A DNA stretch of 63,915 bases, filler included, from Reticulomyxa filosa (taxonomy: Eukaryota; Protista; Foraminifera): assembly GCA_000512085.1 (NCBI GenBank). It is 24 parts of 24 records of this genome, joined end to end, with 100 filler letters (N's around TTAATTAATTAA, not from the genome) between each part and the next. Parts side by side here need not be neighbours in the genome. Positions count along the whole stretch, not along the records: positions 36,972 to 42,951 come from ASPP01025321.1; positions 43,052 to 44,144 come from ASPP01026274.1; positions 44,245 to 45,333 come from ASPP01013337.1; positions 45,434 to 47,486 come from ASPP01027377.1; positions 47,587 to 49,829 come from ASPP01020871.1; 19 more parts are not named here. One strand, given 5' to 3'. Position 1 is the first letter of the stretch. Each line of letters starts with the position of its first letter. This document shows positions 38,157 through 49,929 of the stretch, piece after piece. Under the pieces are notes generated by a model. That model was not told where the DNA came from, made no database searches, and saw nothing but the letters and a program-made list of their open reading frames with translations. A program made the position numbers and the translations under genes.

Positions 38157-39765
38157 ATGGGAAATTGCTTAAGTGGGAAGCAAACCAGAGACCAACATAT
38201 CTCTTCCATCACTTACGCGAGTAATATCCCTAAAGGAGATGTTCAAAGCCCTCAAAGCGAGCCAACGTTTAATGAACAATCAGTAAAGACGGACAAAGAA
38301 ACAGAACTGACAAAAACGAAGGACCAGCAACAGAGTGAAAACGAAAGTAATTACATAACCGGTTCTGAATTTGGACCGGAAGCGGTCAAAATTGTCTCTG
38401 GTTTTTGGCTGGAGCATATCAAAAATCTAAGCAATGAAAAAAAAATGGTAACGCAATGTGACAAAAAAAGAGAAGCACAAACAAACACACAAAAAAAAAA
38501 AAACCACAATAATAACCACAAAACAGGAAACAGCAGTAACTCTCTACAGTTATTTATTTTGCAATTTGCCAGAATGTCGCCGGAATTTTTTAAAGCGTGG
38601 AACTGTGGAAAGTGTTGGGTCGCATTTTTTAGAAAGTGTACGTTGCAAAACTTTTCCAAAAAAAATTTTTTTTTTTTTTTCGGTGTGCCAAAGGACCATT
38701 TACAAAAAAAAAAAAAAAATGTATATCCAGATCGACGAACTGATACTAGCAGTGCAGCAAAGCACTGGAGCAGTGTTACAAGTGCGGTTGGCAAACTTGG
38801 GGGAGTTGTACCATAGTTTTGGAATCCGATCAACGAGTTACAATCGATTTTTACAAGCATTGCATCTGACATTCGAAGACTGTTGTGCTGATCATCGAGT
38901 ATACTCGCTACGGATTAAGTATTGCTTTGAGAGCATTTTTACCACAGCAGCAAAAGTTATCACCAGGAAAGACATTAGCGCGCTCTTTGGTGATCGTGTG
39001 CTTGACTTTTGGTCGTTGGAATTTTTGGATTCGTTCGACATCTGCTTGGCACATCCCACTGGTAAATATTTTTTTTTTTGAATCAAATATATGTTACATA
39101 GATACCTTTTTTAACCGATTTGTATGCACACAATAGAAAATTAATAAAAAAAAATAATTAGTACCTTCACTTCACATTATAAGTATATACAAATCTGTAC
39201 TCCTTTGGCTCTGATGGTCATTACACGAGTAAACAAAAAAAACGTATACTTCATAGGCAGGGAGTATTTTGACCGGTATCTCGAACAATCGTTTTGTTTG
39301 GAATATATGCACTTCTTGCGAGATTTTATCGTGTTCAAAGGACTTAAGTCTCAACAAGAGAGATTCGATAAAGCATCTCAAATTTTTTTAAATCACTTTT
39401 CTTTGAGCGCTGCAGAATACATTGATGTCCAGGACAACAGCATACACATTGAAAAGGTTTTTTATTTAAAAAAAAAAAAAAAAAAATACATATACTACAA
39501 ATACTTTGCTTGTATTATTAGTGTATTAATTAATTGTGCCCAAAAAAAAAAAAAAAAAAAAAAGTTGAGAGAAACGCTACTTCAGTACGCACAAAGCACC
39601 AGTCAAATGAAAGACCCTTCCGAAAGCTTAGCATTTGAATTGGACAACACACTTCTCGACAACGTGTACGTCGATGTGAAACAATGCATCGAGAAAGATA
39701 TTTGGCCGCAGTTCGTTAATGCAATTCAGTCGGTTATGGAGGCCACTCGTCCTCACGTGATATGA
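38157..39765 (+). CDS. Predicted N-acylated globin-like and RGS domain fusion protein (five exons)
   Basis: Exons 38157-38447, 38527-38637, 38731-39061, 39257-39456 and 39565-39765 join in frame at GT-AG sites. It starts MGNCLS, has a globin helix pattern, then RGS FDICLAHPTGREYFDRYLEQSFCLEYMHF..ASQIFLNHF..DIWPQFV. Confidence 0.75.
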
Positions 39766-40253
39766 CATTTTTGGGTTGCACGTTTGTGTGTTTTTTTCCT
39801 CCTACTTTTGAGATTTGATAACTTTATGAGGGGGGCGCTCTGCTCCCTTCCAACAAACGATGCAAACTGAAAATGTCACATGTGGCAAGTGTTTGCCCAA
39901 GCAAGATCTTTTTTTTTTGTTGTGATATGTTATTGATTCGTTAATTCATAAGTTTTATGTTTTGTATTTGCTTTTCTTTTTTTTTTCTGTTTCTGTTTTT
40001 CTTTGGTTTAATGTGAACGGATTTGTTTTGTATTTTTTTTTTTATGAGTTTTGGGAGAATGAACTATAACAGAGGAAGTTGTGACGTGTGCTCCCTTTTT
40101 CAAAAATTTTACCTTTGTTTCTGTGATGACGATTTTATGTTTGATAATAAAATTTTCCACTTTTTTTTTTTTCTACAATGAGATAACTTGAACAATGGTT
40201 GAAGTTGACAAGCTAAAAGTAAAAGAAACTTTTGTCAGTGGAAATACAACAAT

Positions 40254-42003
40254 TCAAACATATTTTGATGAAAAAGTCTTCTCTTCTTTATGTTCACAGT
40301 GTTGATTCACGGTCGTCGGGTCGTCGTTATCTCTGAGCTTGCATAAAAAAAACTCAATGCACACTAATGCTCATATCAACCACATACCATACCTTAAAAA
40401 CAGTGCGGAGCTGTCAACAATTTTTTTCAGTTGTTGAGTTTGCTCTTGAATTTTACTATTTGTTTGATTTCGCAGACTGAGATCGGTAGATTCCGCAGAT
40501 TGATTTACAGGTTGATGGGCAACGTGTATACAAAACGTTTGATTTTCAATTTTACTAGTTGTTTTGGAGTTTGCAATATTTTGGGATAGCTGCAACAAAA
40601 GATCAACAGAAGTTTTTGTACGTTTTTCTGAAAGGTTTCGTTGATTGTTTTTTTCTCTCAAGTTTTTTCCATTTTCATTTATTTGAATTGGCTCAAAAAT
40701 TGATGCAGATTCATTATGTTCTGTCAAATTTTCAAGCATTGTGGAATTGTGGGTGGCATTGTTACTTGAGTTTTCTTCTTGATTCGAAGTCTGTTGCGTT
40801 TGCAGTGCCAATCACCGAATAAGTGGTTAAAAGGTGCAAAGAATAAAAGTGATTTTTTTTTAAGAAACAGTTGTTATCAAACCAGGACAGTAGGGACTGG
40901 CGTAGTACTGCTTTGCTGCATTTTTGAATACTTTTCTTGTAAATCCTTTAATTGCTTTAGCTCATGCAATAGCTTTACGCTATCGGACTGAACTTTGCAC
41001 AACTTTTCGTCTTTAACTGTTAACAATTGCTATCGAGAAGGAGATGGGGAAAAAAAAAAAATCAACACAAATTTAGAGTGAGTCACATTTTATTTATTTT
41101 TTTTATTTTTTTTTGTGTATTAAAACAAAACTTTGAGATCGTGGATTTGCTGTTGAAATTTGGTTTCAATTTTGTGTCGTTCTTTTTCCAATATTTGTGT
41201 CAGCTGCTGCTGTAAATGGTCCGCCTTTCCTCCAACTTTTGACATTTCAAGAATGTATTCCATGTTTCTCCGTTTTTTTTCCGATTCTTCATATTTATTG
41301 ATCCATTCTTCCAACTCCCTCCTTTGTTCTCGAATCTTTCTTTCGACGTCACTGTCGATAACTTCCTCCACATGTTTTTTATTTGCTGGTTCGACTCTAT
41401 CTGCCGCATGCAAATTGTTTGGTTGTGAGCCATCTGCAGTCTTGTTATGGAGCTTATTGTTATTATTATTGTTGTTGTTGTTGTTGACATTATTGCTATT
41501 GCTATTGCTATTGCTATTGCTATTGCTATTGCTATTGCTATTGATATTGTTTACCTCATTAACATTTTGGAGTTTATACTTTATGTGAGAATTGGAGTCT
41601 GTGCAATTCATGTTTGATGGTAAAAAAACATTTTCTAAATCGTCGCAAGAGTTTGAATATAAGTCTTTGAGAGAAGAAGTTGAGTTTGTGATTATGCATG
41701 ACTGTGCAAGGAGTTTTTCAGCCTTCATTGTCGCAATGGACATACTCCGCTTGCTGACATTGCATTGATTCACATTTTCTTTTAACGGCAATGCTTGCAA
41801 GTTGGCGTTGGAGTCGTGTATTATTTTGCTTGGCGTGCTTGACACATTCGTCTCAACGGCAATCTTTTGCAATTGAATTAACTGAATTGTCTTCTGATCT
41901 AACACATCTTCCATCATTCGCTGTTGACGGTCATATGAGTCCAGTTCATCTTGTAGAGCCAATATCTGTTTTTGTTTGTTTTTCTTTCGTGATTTCGTGC
42001 ATC

Positions 42004-42041
<38 letters not shown>

Positions 42042-42951
42042 GTTATCATAATAAATAAATATGTGTAATAACAATAATAATAATAATAATAATTTTTTAT
42101 GTATACGTATAAGTGTGGCTCTCTTTTTGTCTCTTAACACTTTGGTCTCGATCGTTCAATCTCTTTGTCAACTGGATCATAATGTCTCGCTGCTTGATTA
42201 ACAGCTGTTTGTATCTCTCCACTTGTGCTTTGTCTTGCTCAATGAACTGCCTCTCTCTTTCTAAATCTTCGAGTTTTTTGTTGTAATCTTTGCGTATTTT
42301 CTGCTGTTCTTTTAAGATGGCCTCTCGAAACTCTGGAGTGTCTTCCACGTTGGAGGGCTTTCCTCCTACCAACAAACTGGAGCCCATCTGTTCTATTTTC
42401 CTCATCAACATCAGCTTTTCGTTTTTTTCAGACAGTAAGTCCGCGGAAAGTTTTTCCAAATGAACAATGGCTGCCATCTGTGTATATTTAAAAAACAAAA
42501 CAAAACCAAAAAAAAAAAAAAAAAAAATAGAGCCAATAATAAAAGGATATGTGCATGTTTACAAACATACAACAAAAGTATGGCAAAACTTTATCTCGGA
42601 CGGCTCTATTTCTTTGTTCCTCCAATTCAAGCACTTTTCTCATATCAACAACATTTTTGGATTTTTCAGCAAGCTGTGCTCGAAGTTTTTTCAACTCTTT
42701 TTCGTATTTGCGTAAAAGTGCTTTTTCATTCAGGTCCTCATTCACATGTGCAATGTTTTTAATCGTTTTTGCTCGGTTGGCAAATTTCAGTGTCGACAGC
42801 GACTCATTAAAGTGCTCCAAAGCTGGAGATATCATCGCCATCATCGTCGTCTTGCAATTTCCCCCCAAACTATCTTCGAGAATCCTTGTCAACTTGCTAT
42901 CGCGGTAAGGTACATGGCTCCGTTTCTTGGGATCTGTCAGTGCCGAAATTA
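40254..42951 (-). CDS. Kinesin: end of motor domain and coiled-coil tail (5' partial)
   Basis: [44 protein letters not shown], then coiled coil [26 protein letters not shown]. Confidence 0.92.
41455..41545 (-). repeat. Coding microsatellite (AATAGC)n followed by (AAC/AAT)n
   Basis: Encodes [15 protein letters not shown] in the kinesin tail. Confidence 0.9.
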
Positions 42952-43051
42952 NNNNNNNNNNNNNNNNNNNNNNNNNNNNNNNNNNNNNNNNNNNNTTAAT
43001 TAATTAANNNNNNNNNNNNNNNNNNNNNNNNNNNNNNNNNNNNNNNNNNNN

Positions 43052-44144
43052 AATATTGGACCATCGCAGTATGTCGACTCATTGGAAGGGGTGTTTGCCA
43101 CTTTGAAATCTCAGTCCAATCCTGTTGATCCTCAACAATTGAACGAGCAAAGCAACAAATAAATCGACAAAAATGCAACCAGAAAATGGGAGAAGGAGAA
43201 TTAATGTCGTAAAAAAGAGTCAAAGAAAGCAAATTAGCAGTTCAACCCCTTTTTCCTTCCTTCGGCAACAATGCGAACACGTCTTGGACTATCAGCCGCC
43301 ACAACCAGCGCTATATTTTCATTTGGAGCGAGCAAGAGCACAACCGCCACGAAGCCTGCAGGAGGAGGGTATCTGGGAATGAACGACCAATCAGTGAATC
43401 GAAAAACAAGACAAACAGCACCTTGTTATTTGGCGAGCCATTGAAATCCTCTGCAGCACCAACGACAGCGTCAGAGACAGCAAAAGCGAACACAACGGGT
43501 AAGACGAGTGAGTCGGCACGAAAGGAGGAAATGCCGACAGTTTCGTTTGTGTCGACGACGAAGAAGAATTTGTTTGAAAGCAATACTGAAGCCATGGACG
43601 ACATTAAGAATGAGCTAGGCCAAGTTTTCGTCCTCCAAAAAGAAAAAACAGATAAATAAAAGTAAAAAAGTAAAGCCAGATATGCCAGATTTGGACGACT
43701 AGACACAAAAGCAGCCTGCAAAAAAGCGTAAAGACAGTGAAGAGAACGAGGAGGACGAAGAGAAAGAGGAAGAAGAGCATTAAGAAGTTGCAACAGGACC
43801 TTGGTCATGTTCAATTTGCACATTTATGAATGGACAGGACACAAGCATTTGCGCGGCTTGTAATTATCCGCGAGCGTGTGGACAAGGACAAGGACAGTTT
43901 GCGGCCGACGACAATGGGCATGTGCCATTTGCAGAACGATCAATGTCCTGGAAACGGTCACATGTGAAACCTGTAGGCATTCCAAGCTAAATATCAAGAG
44001 TTTTTCCAACATAATCAAATGGGCTCCCAAAATTTGAGCGAAGAAAACCAACTTGAAGTCGACATTCAATCATTATTAACCGGTTCTGGCCTCGGTTCGT
44101 GTGGCAAAGCTTCAGATATTGCATTAGACGATATATTAGCACAA
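43052..44144 (+). pseudogene. Disrupted gene with two RanBP2/NZF-type zinc fingers
   Basis: WSCSICTFMNGQDTSICAAC at 43802 and WACAICRTINVLETVTCETC at 43915 are in different frames; there are in-frame stops upstream. Confidence 0.7.
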
Positions 44145-44282
44145 NNNNNNNNNNNNNNNNNNNNNNNNNNNNNNNNNNNNNNNNNNNNTTAATTAATTAA
44201 NNNNNNNNNNNNNNNNNNNNNNNNNNNNNNNNNNNNNNNNNNNNCAAGGGCCTGAATGAGTGACACCGTGTATTGTGGTGGC

Positions 44283-44616
44283 GATGGACCATCCGGTGAT
44301 CCTGGTACGCGACTGGAAGCAGACCGAGGCAGCCCTGCTCGCGGCGCGCGCCGAGGGCACGGCACCGGTGCTGCTGACGCCTGAGGATGCTGCCTCGTTC
44401 TACGGCGCGGGCTATCTCGGCGCCCTGCAGGAGCGCGCGCGCGAAGAGTTCCCGGACGTGGCCTTCACGCTGATCGTCGATTGCGGCGACGCGCCAGGCT
44501 ATGCGCTGGCCTGCCTGCGCGCCGGCGTGCGCACGCTGTCGATGCGCACCTGGAACGACAAGATTGCCGACATCGCCCGTCAGATGGGCGCCGAACTGGT
44601 GAGGAGACCTGCATGA
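44283..44616 (+). CDS. Bacterial hypothetical protein
   Basis: High GC3, no introns; its stop overlaps the next start (ATGA at 44613-44616). Confidence 0.75.
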
Positions 44617-45333
44617 GCTGGCAACCGAACGCGACCTGATCGGCTATGGCCCACTCCGCCCGATCCGAAATGGCCCGGCGGCGCGCGCCTCGCGATCAAC
44701 TTCGTCGTCAACTACGAGGAAGGCTCCGAACCCTCGATTCAGGACGGCGAGGGCTACACCGAGACCGGCCTCACCGAATCGAGCACCTCCTCGCAAGGGC
44801 TCAAGGGCCGCGACCTCGCCGGCGAAGGCATGTTCGAATATGGCAGCCGGGTCGGTTTCTGGCGCATCCATCGCGCCTTCCAGGAGCGCGGAATGCCGCT
44901 CACCGTGTTCGGCTGCGCGCTGGCACTGGAGCGCAATCCGCTGGCCGCACAGGCGATCCGGGCCGCCGGCTGGGACGTCTGTTGCCATGGCTGGCGCTGG
45001 GTCCGCCACTTCCAGCTCTCCGAGGCCGAGGAGCGCGAACACATCCAGAAGGCCATCAAGTCGCTAGAGCAGACGGTCGGCGAGCGGCCGGCCGGCTGGT
45101 ACTGCCGCTATGGCCCCAGCGTGAACACACGCCGCCTGCTGATCGAGGAAGGCGGCTTCACCTACGACAGCGACTATTACGGCGAGGAGCTGCCGTTCTG
45201 GCAGACCGTCGAGGGCAAGCCGCACCTCATCATCCCCTATTCGCTGACCAACAACGACGGCAAGTACGCCGCCGGCATGGTGCATTCGGAGCAGTGGTTC
45301 GGCCTGGTGAAGGACGCGTTCGACGTCCTCTAC
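44613..45333 (+). CDS. puuE: Bacterial PuuE-like allantoinase / polysaccharide deacetylase family protein (3' partial)
   Basis: AGGAG Shine-Dalgarno; RDLIGYG..PDPKWPGGARLAINFVVNYEEG..MFEYGSRVGFWRI..CHGWRW..PAGWY..YDSDYY..IIPYSLTNND. Two single-C deficits near the start look like homopolymer errors. Confidence 0.85.
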
Positions 45334-45433
45334 NNNNNNNNNNNNNNNNNNNNNNNNNNNNNNNNNNNNNNNNNNNNTTAATTAATTAANNNNNNNNNNN
45401 NNNNNNNNNNNNNNNNNNNNNNNNNNNNNNNNN

Positions 45434-47486
45434 CTTCATTTTGCTGCCGCAACGACACGAGTACAAAAATGATATACGCACGCCAACATACGGTCGCAAC
45501 GCTGCCACAAGTTGGCAAAGGGCCCATTCTCCAATATAAATCGGTCAATGCAAGGATTAGGAACAGTAACAACGACTTGTTGCCAAAGTTGATGCATCTG
45601 AAGCTCCGCCCAATGTTGCATCAACTGTTTTTTTCCACCATTATTTAATTTTTCAACACATGTCAGAGATTAGACTCACCAGACTAACGTTCAAATTTTC
45701 AAAATGCCAGTAATTGGAATGGACAACAACATAGGTATTGTATCTTGAGTACTTGGCAGCAGGTATATGTTTGGCTGGATTCGCAATCACATCCTAGACT
45801 AATGGTAGATCGTTCACAATGGAACATGTGAATTGTCATATTTGCACTGCCGTTAGGCAAATTGCTGCTTGTGTTCACTCGCCGACAACAGTATTGTCAT
45901 AAGTAGCATATACAACGACGATATATTCAATCGACCATTCAGTGGGTCAACTAAGTCCAATAATCTTCGCACATGCTCTCCAAATACAAAGGTTCACGTT
46001 GTCACATTCGGAATTATCGCGCGATGAATCTGATGACGAAGACGACGATGACAGATGATGAGGACGCATTTCCTCGCAAAATCGGGGACCAATATTTGTC
46101 ATTCACACAGTGAATCTTTGCTATGCAATCCGTATAACCCGGTCCAAAGTTGCATGTCCTTTCAAAGCAAAGTCAAAGTATTGACACTGTCAGGAGTAAC
46201 GTCCGACTTCCCGACCCATACTCGGCCTAATCATTGTGAATCCATCAGGGTCCATCATGTCTTGGAGAAATTTTTTTTACAAATTCTTTGTGACCAATTG
46301 CACTGGAACTTGGATTGTTGTTAAATACCGACTTCTCGCATACACACGACTTGGTATTGGATATACTCACGATCTTTGGAAGCTTAAACTCATAGTCGAT
46401 CAACTCAATGTCCATTCAGCTTCGTCCTTGTTCCAGTGAATGCGATAACAGAAATGTGAGGAGGATAGTAGCAAATTGTAGCTGTTCGACTTCCCGTTGT
46501 GCTGACAGGTTGGTTTGCTTGTGGGCTTTGTCTCGAAGTAGGAGAAGTTGTTGGGCTGACGTTGGACTATCGGTTGGGCTACGTTGGGGAATATGTAGGA
46601 TTGTTTATTGGACAAGTCGAGCTGTCCGTTGAGGTAAGTAGGACTGAATGTCGGACATACGTTGGCGCATTTGTTGGACTAATGTTGTGCTAATGTCGGA
46701 CGTTGGCAGGAGCTTTGTTGGATTTGGCGGAGTGAATGCATTGGACTTTCTGTTGGGTTGTATGGAGGACATATATAACGAATACGTTGGGCGAATGCGG
46801 GTGATTTGTTGGATGTTTATTGGTGCGCTTGTCGACTGTAAATGGGACTATAAGTAGGACTGTACGTAGGATTATGTTGGATTCAAGTCAGGTTCGTTGT
46901 CGGTGAATATGTTGGCGAATACGTCGGATGTGTAGGAGCGTTTGTTGGGCTATAAGTAAAAGCGTTTGTCGAGCTTTAATCTGGTGCATTTTTTGGATTT
47001 GGTGTTGTGCTGTTGTTGGAGTTTCAGTCGAACATAGGTAATGTACGTTGTAATGTTTATTGGGCTATCCGTTGGGTTGCAAGTCGTTGAAGTTGGAGCA
47101 TCTGTTAGGTTTGGAGTCGGACTGTTCTTGGACTAAATCGGGCTTTCCGTTGAGCTGTAATGTCGGACTAAAGGCTTGTCGTTTGTAGAAAATTGGAGCA
47201 CATTTGGTGAGCATGTGTGTGTTGGAGAATAGGTGATGGAGCCAGTGAATCAGTTGGTAATTACTTGGAGCACACGTTGCAAATAGTTTGCGAGAGTTGG
47301 GATTGTGTTGGTGACTGCGTTGAACGTTTGTTGACTGTACGTTGGGGCGCCGGTTGGTGAAAAAGGAAGTTGGACTATAAGTCATCGGGGAATGTTGGCG
47401 GTTGGATAGTTCGTTGGGCTGGATGTTAGCGTCCGTTAAAAAAAATGTTGGAGCACCCGTTGGTGAAAAGTTGATCGTGTTGGAGC
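45434..47486 (-). pseudogene. Decayed Pro/Thr-repeat (PTxxPT) surface-protein gene
   Basis: Recurring CCAACA/CCGACA/CCTACA words over about 46500-47486 (PTNAPT, NPTYSPT, SPTTSPT), broken in all frames. Confidence 0.5.
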
Positions 47487-47586
47487 NNNNNNNNNNNNNN
47501 NNNNNNNNNNNNNNNNNNNNNNNNNNNNNNTTAATTAATTAANNNNNNNNNNNNNNNNNNNNNNNNNNNNNNNNNNNNNNNNNNNN

Positions 47587-48579
47587 TGTGTGTGTGTGCG
47601 TGCAAAGTCGAGACAAATTGCTTGAAAAAAAAGACATGTCGGCAATGACGATATTGCAAAACTATCCGAAACACGAGACAGACATCCAGTCATTGGCAGA
47701 CACCGCCCGGAAAATTCAATCGGGCTCGATAAAATTGGAGTTTGACAAGGAATTATATTCGCAATTGGCAAGCAAAAAAGTGCGTGTCTTGGTGAAAGCG
47801 GCGCAAAAAATGTTCAAAGACGTCGACCAAAGTAGCTTGCCGTCGTGGAAAGACGACAGACGACACGACGACGACGACGACGACGACGACCATACGGTGA
47901 CACGAAAGCTTACGTATGAGGAACTCATCAACATCAACCAACCCGGCATACGTGTCCCTGGATACTCCGATCTGTCACTCACCGACAAGGTCCGCATTCA
48001 GCATATCTTAAAGATCTTCAAGTACGCCATGCCTGTCCAAGGCCCGATTCGAATGGGTTATTTGGTAAAACGTGGAGGTGGGAAGCAAGGACTGTTCAGT
48101 CGCAAAACTTTAAAGCTACGATGGTTTGTTATTGAAAATGAGAAATTGTCTTATTACAAGGTTTGTTTTTGTTTTTGTTTTGTTTTTTTTTGTTGTTGTT
48201 GGCATATTATAGAACAACAAAAGAAATACATATGATAATAGAACTTCAAAGCGTATCAAGAGAAAGAGGATCCTCTACGTGCTCCTATTGCTTTGAAAGG
48301 GAGAGCTGTTCGGGTTATCAACAAAGATTTATGGTGTTTTGAAATCTCCGGAGTACAGTTCAGCTGGCAAAGGGGGTTTTCTTTCCTTGTCCTTGCCCCT
48401 ATGTCTTCTTCGAGAAATGCCAATGTAACTCTTTTTTTTTTTTTTTTTGGTAAATTTGCGAAATATACAGAATTTCCAAGAGAGCCTACTTATTATTTGC
48501 TGCCAATTTTGAAGATTTCGTGCTGTGGTTGCATGCACTAATGCTATGCGCGGATAAGAAACTAGATGAGTTGATATAG
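47587..48579 (+). CDS. Protein with a C-terminal PH domain (5' partial)
   Basis: IRMGYLVKRGG..KTLKLRWFVIENEKLSYYK|..CFEI..RAYLLFAANFEDFVLWLHAL. Confidence 0.8.
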
Positions 48580-49270
48580 TTTGTAAACGCTTGTTTGTTA
48601 CTTTTTAGCTTGTTATAATTTTCAAACTCTTGTGTGCATGTGTTTATGGTTTTCTAAATTGCTTCACTTGTCCATACAATATATTTTTTTTCTGCTGTCA
48701 ATAACTTTTGTATTGCACAAGCTTACATGAAACACCTCATTTATATAAATTGGAAAAATTCTTACAAAAGAATAAGTTTTGTATTTCATTTTATAACAAA
48801 AACATACTTGTTGTGTAAATGCTTTAAAAGGATATCATATAATTAATTATACTTACATTATAGCGATATTGTGTAGAAATTAATTGCAAACTTGTACAGT
48901 GAAAATATTACTCAAACTTTTTAATATAAGTTGAAATTTTCAATATAATCTAGCGAAATGACAATGTAATGCACTTTATGAAGATTATATAATGTAATAT
49001 TTATATTAAATTGTTAGTTAGAATATCAATTTTATCTTATGATATAAAGTATTTCGAAATGTTGTCTGAAATAGTTTTGTGAAAAAGTGATTTTAAGTTT
49101 ACTTGACATTGACATCAAATAGTATGTACTTACCATACTGCAATACGTGTTGCGATAAAAAAATTTATTTTATTGCATAGTATTCCAAAGGTTTGCACAA
49201 AACATTCACTTCTTTACAAAGAGTACATACCTGTATTGTTCAAATCAATTAGCATGTTTTTTATAAAGTT

Positions 49271-49829
49271 ATGTTTGGCAGTCACGTTTGTGGTAGTTTT
49301 TTTTTCTTCGCGGGACCTGTCAATATTCCTCTGCTTCAAATGAAAGAACATCGCATTGATATTCGAGAGCCTCGCTTAGATAAATTTCTATCTTCGTTGA
49401 TGGCTTTTGTGCTGTTTGCAATCATCGCTCACTGGTACAGGGCTGAACTAGCGTCGTTGGTGACAGTTCCAGCCCACCCGGTGAAAGAACTTAACACGTT
49501 TGACAAGTTTTATGCTCACCACATGACGTTTCACACAGTGTTAGAGAACTAGCAAGCGCACATCGCCGGAATGACGCTGATCTTTGTGTTATTTTACATT
49601 CTCCCAGAGCTTCTTTTGGTGGTTTGCCATGGCCTACTTTGTGGCTATTTTTTTTCCCCTTTGTTCATTAATTCGCCAGGTGGCTTAGGAGAGAGCGCAA
49701 TCATGTTTACAGTGATGATGTTGTGGGCACATTTCTTTGGCTACAAAAGGGTGTTGCTTCTGGTAATTGCCATCCACTATGGAATGGGATTTTTAGGTCA
49801 TTATGGATACGAAAAACATCCTCCCAATA
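49271..49829 (+). pseudogene. DUF962/Mpo1-like membrane protein with one in-frame TAG
   Basis: TFDKFYAHHMTFHTVLEN*QAHIAG..YGMGFLGHYGYEKHPP; ORFs 49271-49552 and 49571 onward share a frame. Confidence 0.6.
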
Positions 49830-49929
49830 NNNNNNNNNNNNNNNNNNNNNNNNNNNNNNNNNNNNNNNNNNNNTTAATTAATTAANNNNNNNNNNNNNNN
49901 NNNNNNNNNNNNNNNNNNNNNNNNNNNNN

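Noticed and set aside
44613-44660. Programmed frameshifting at the start of puuE
   Set aside because: Two single-base deficits in C runs are more simply explained as homopolymer sequencing errors.
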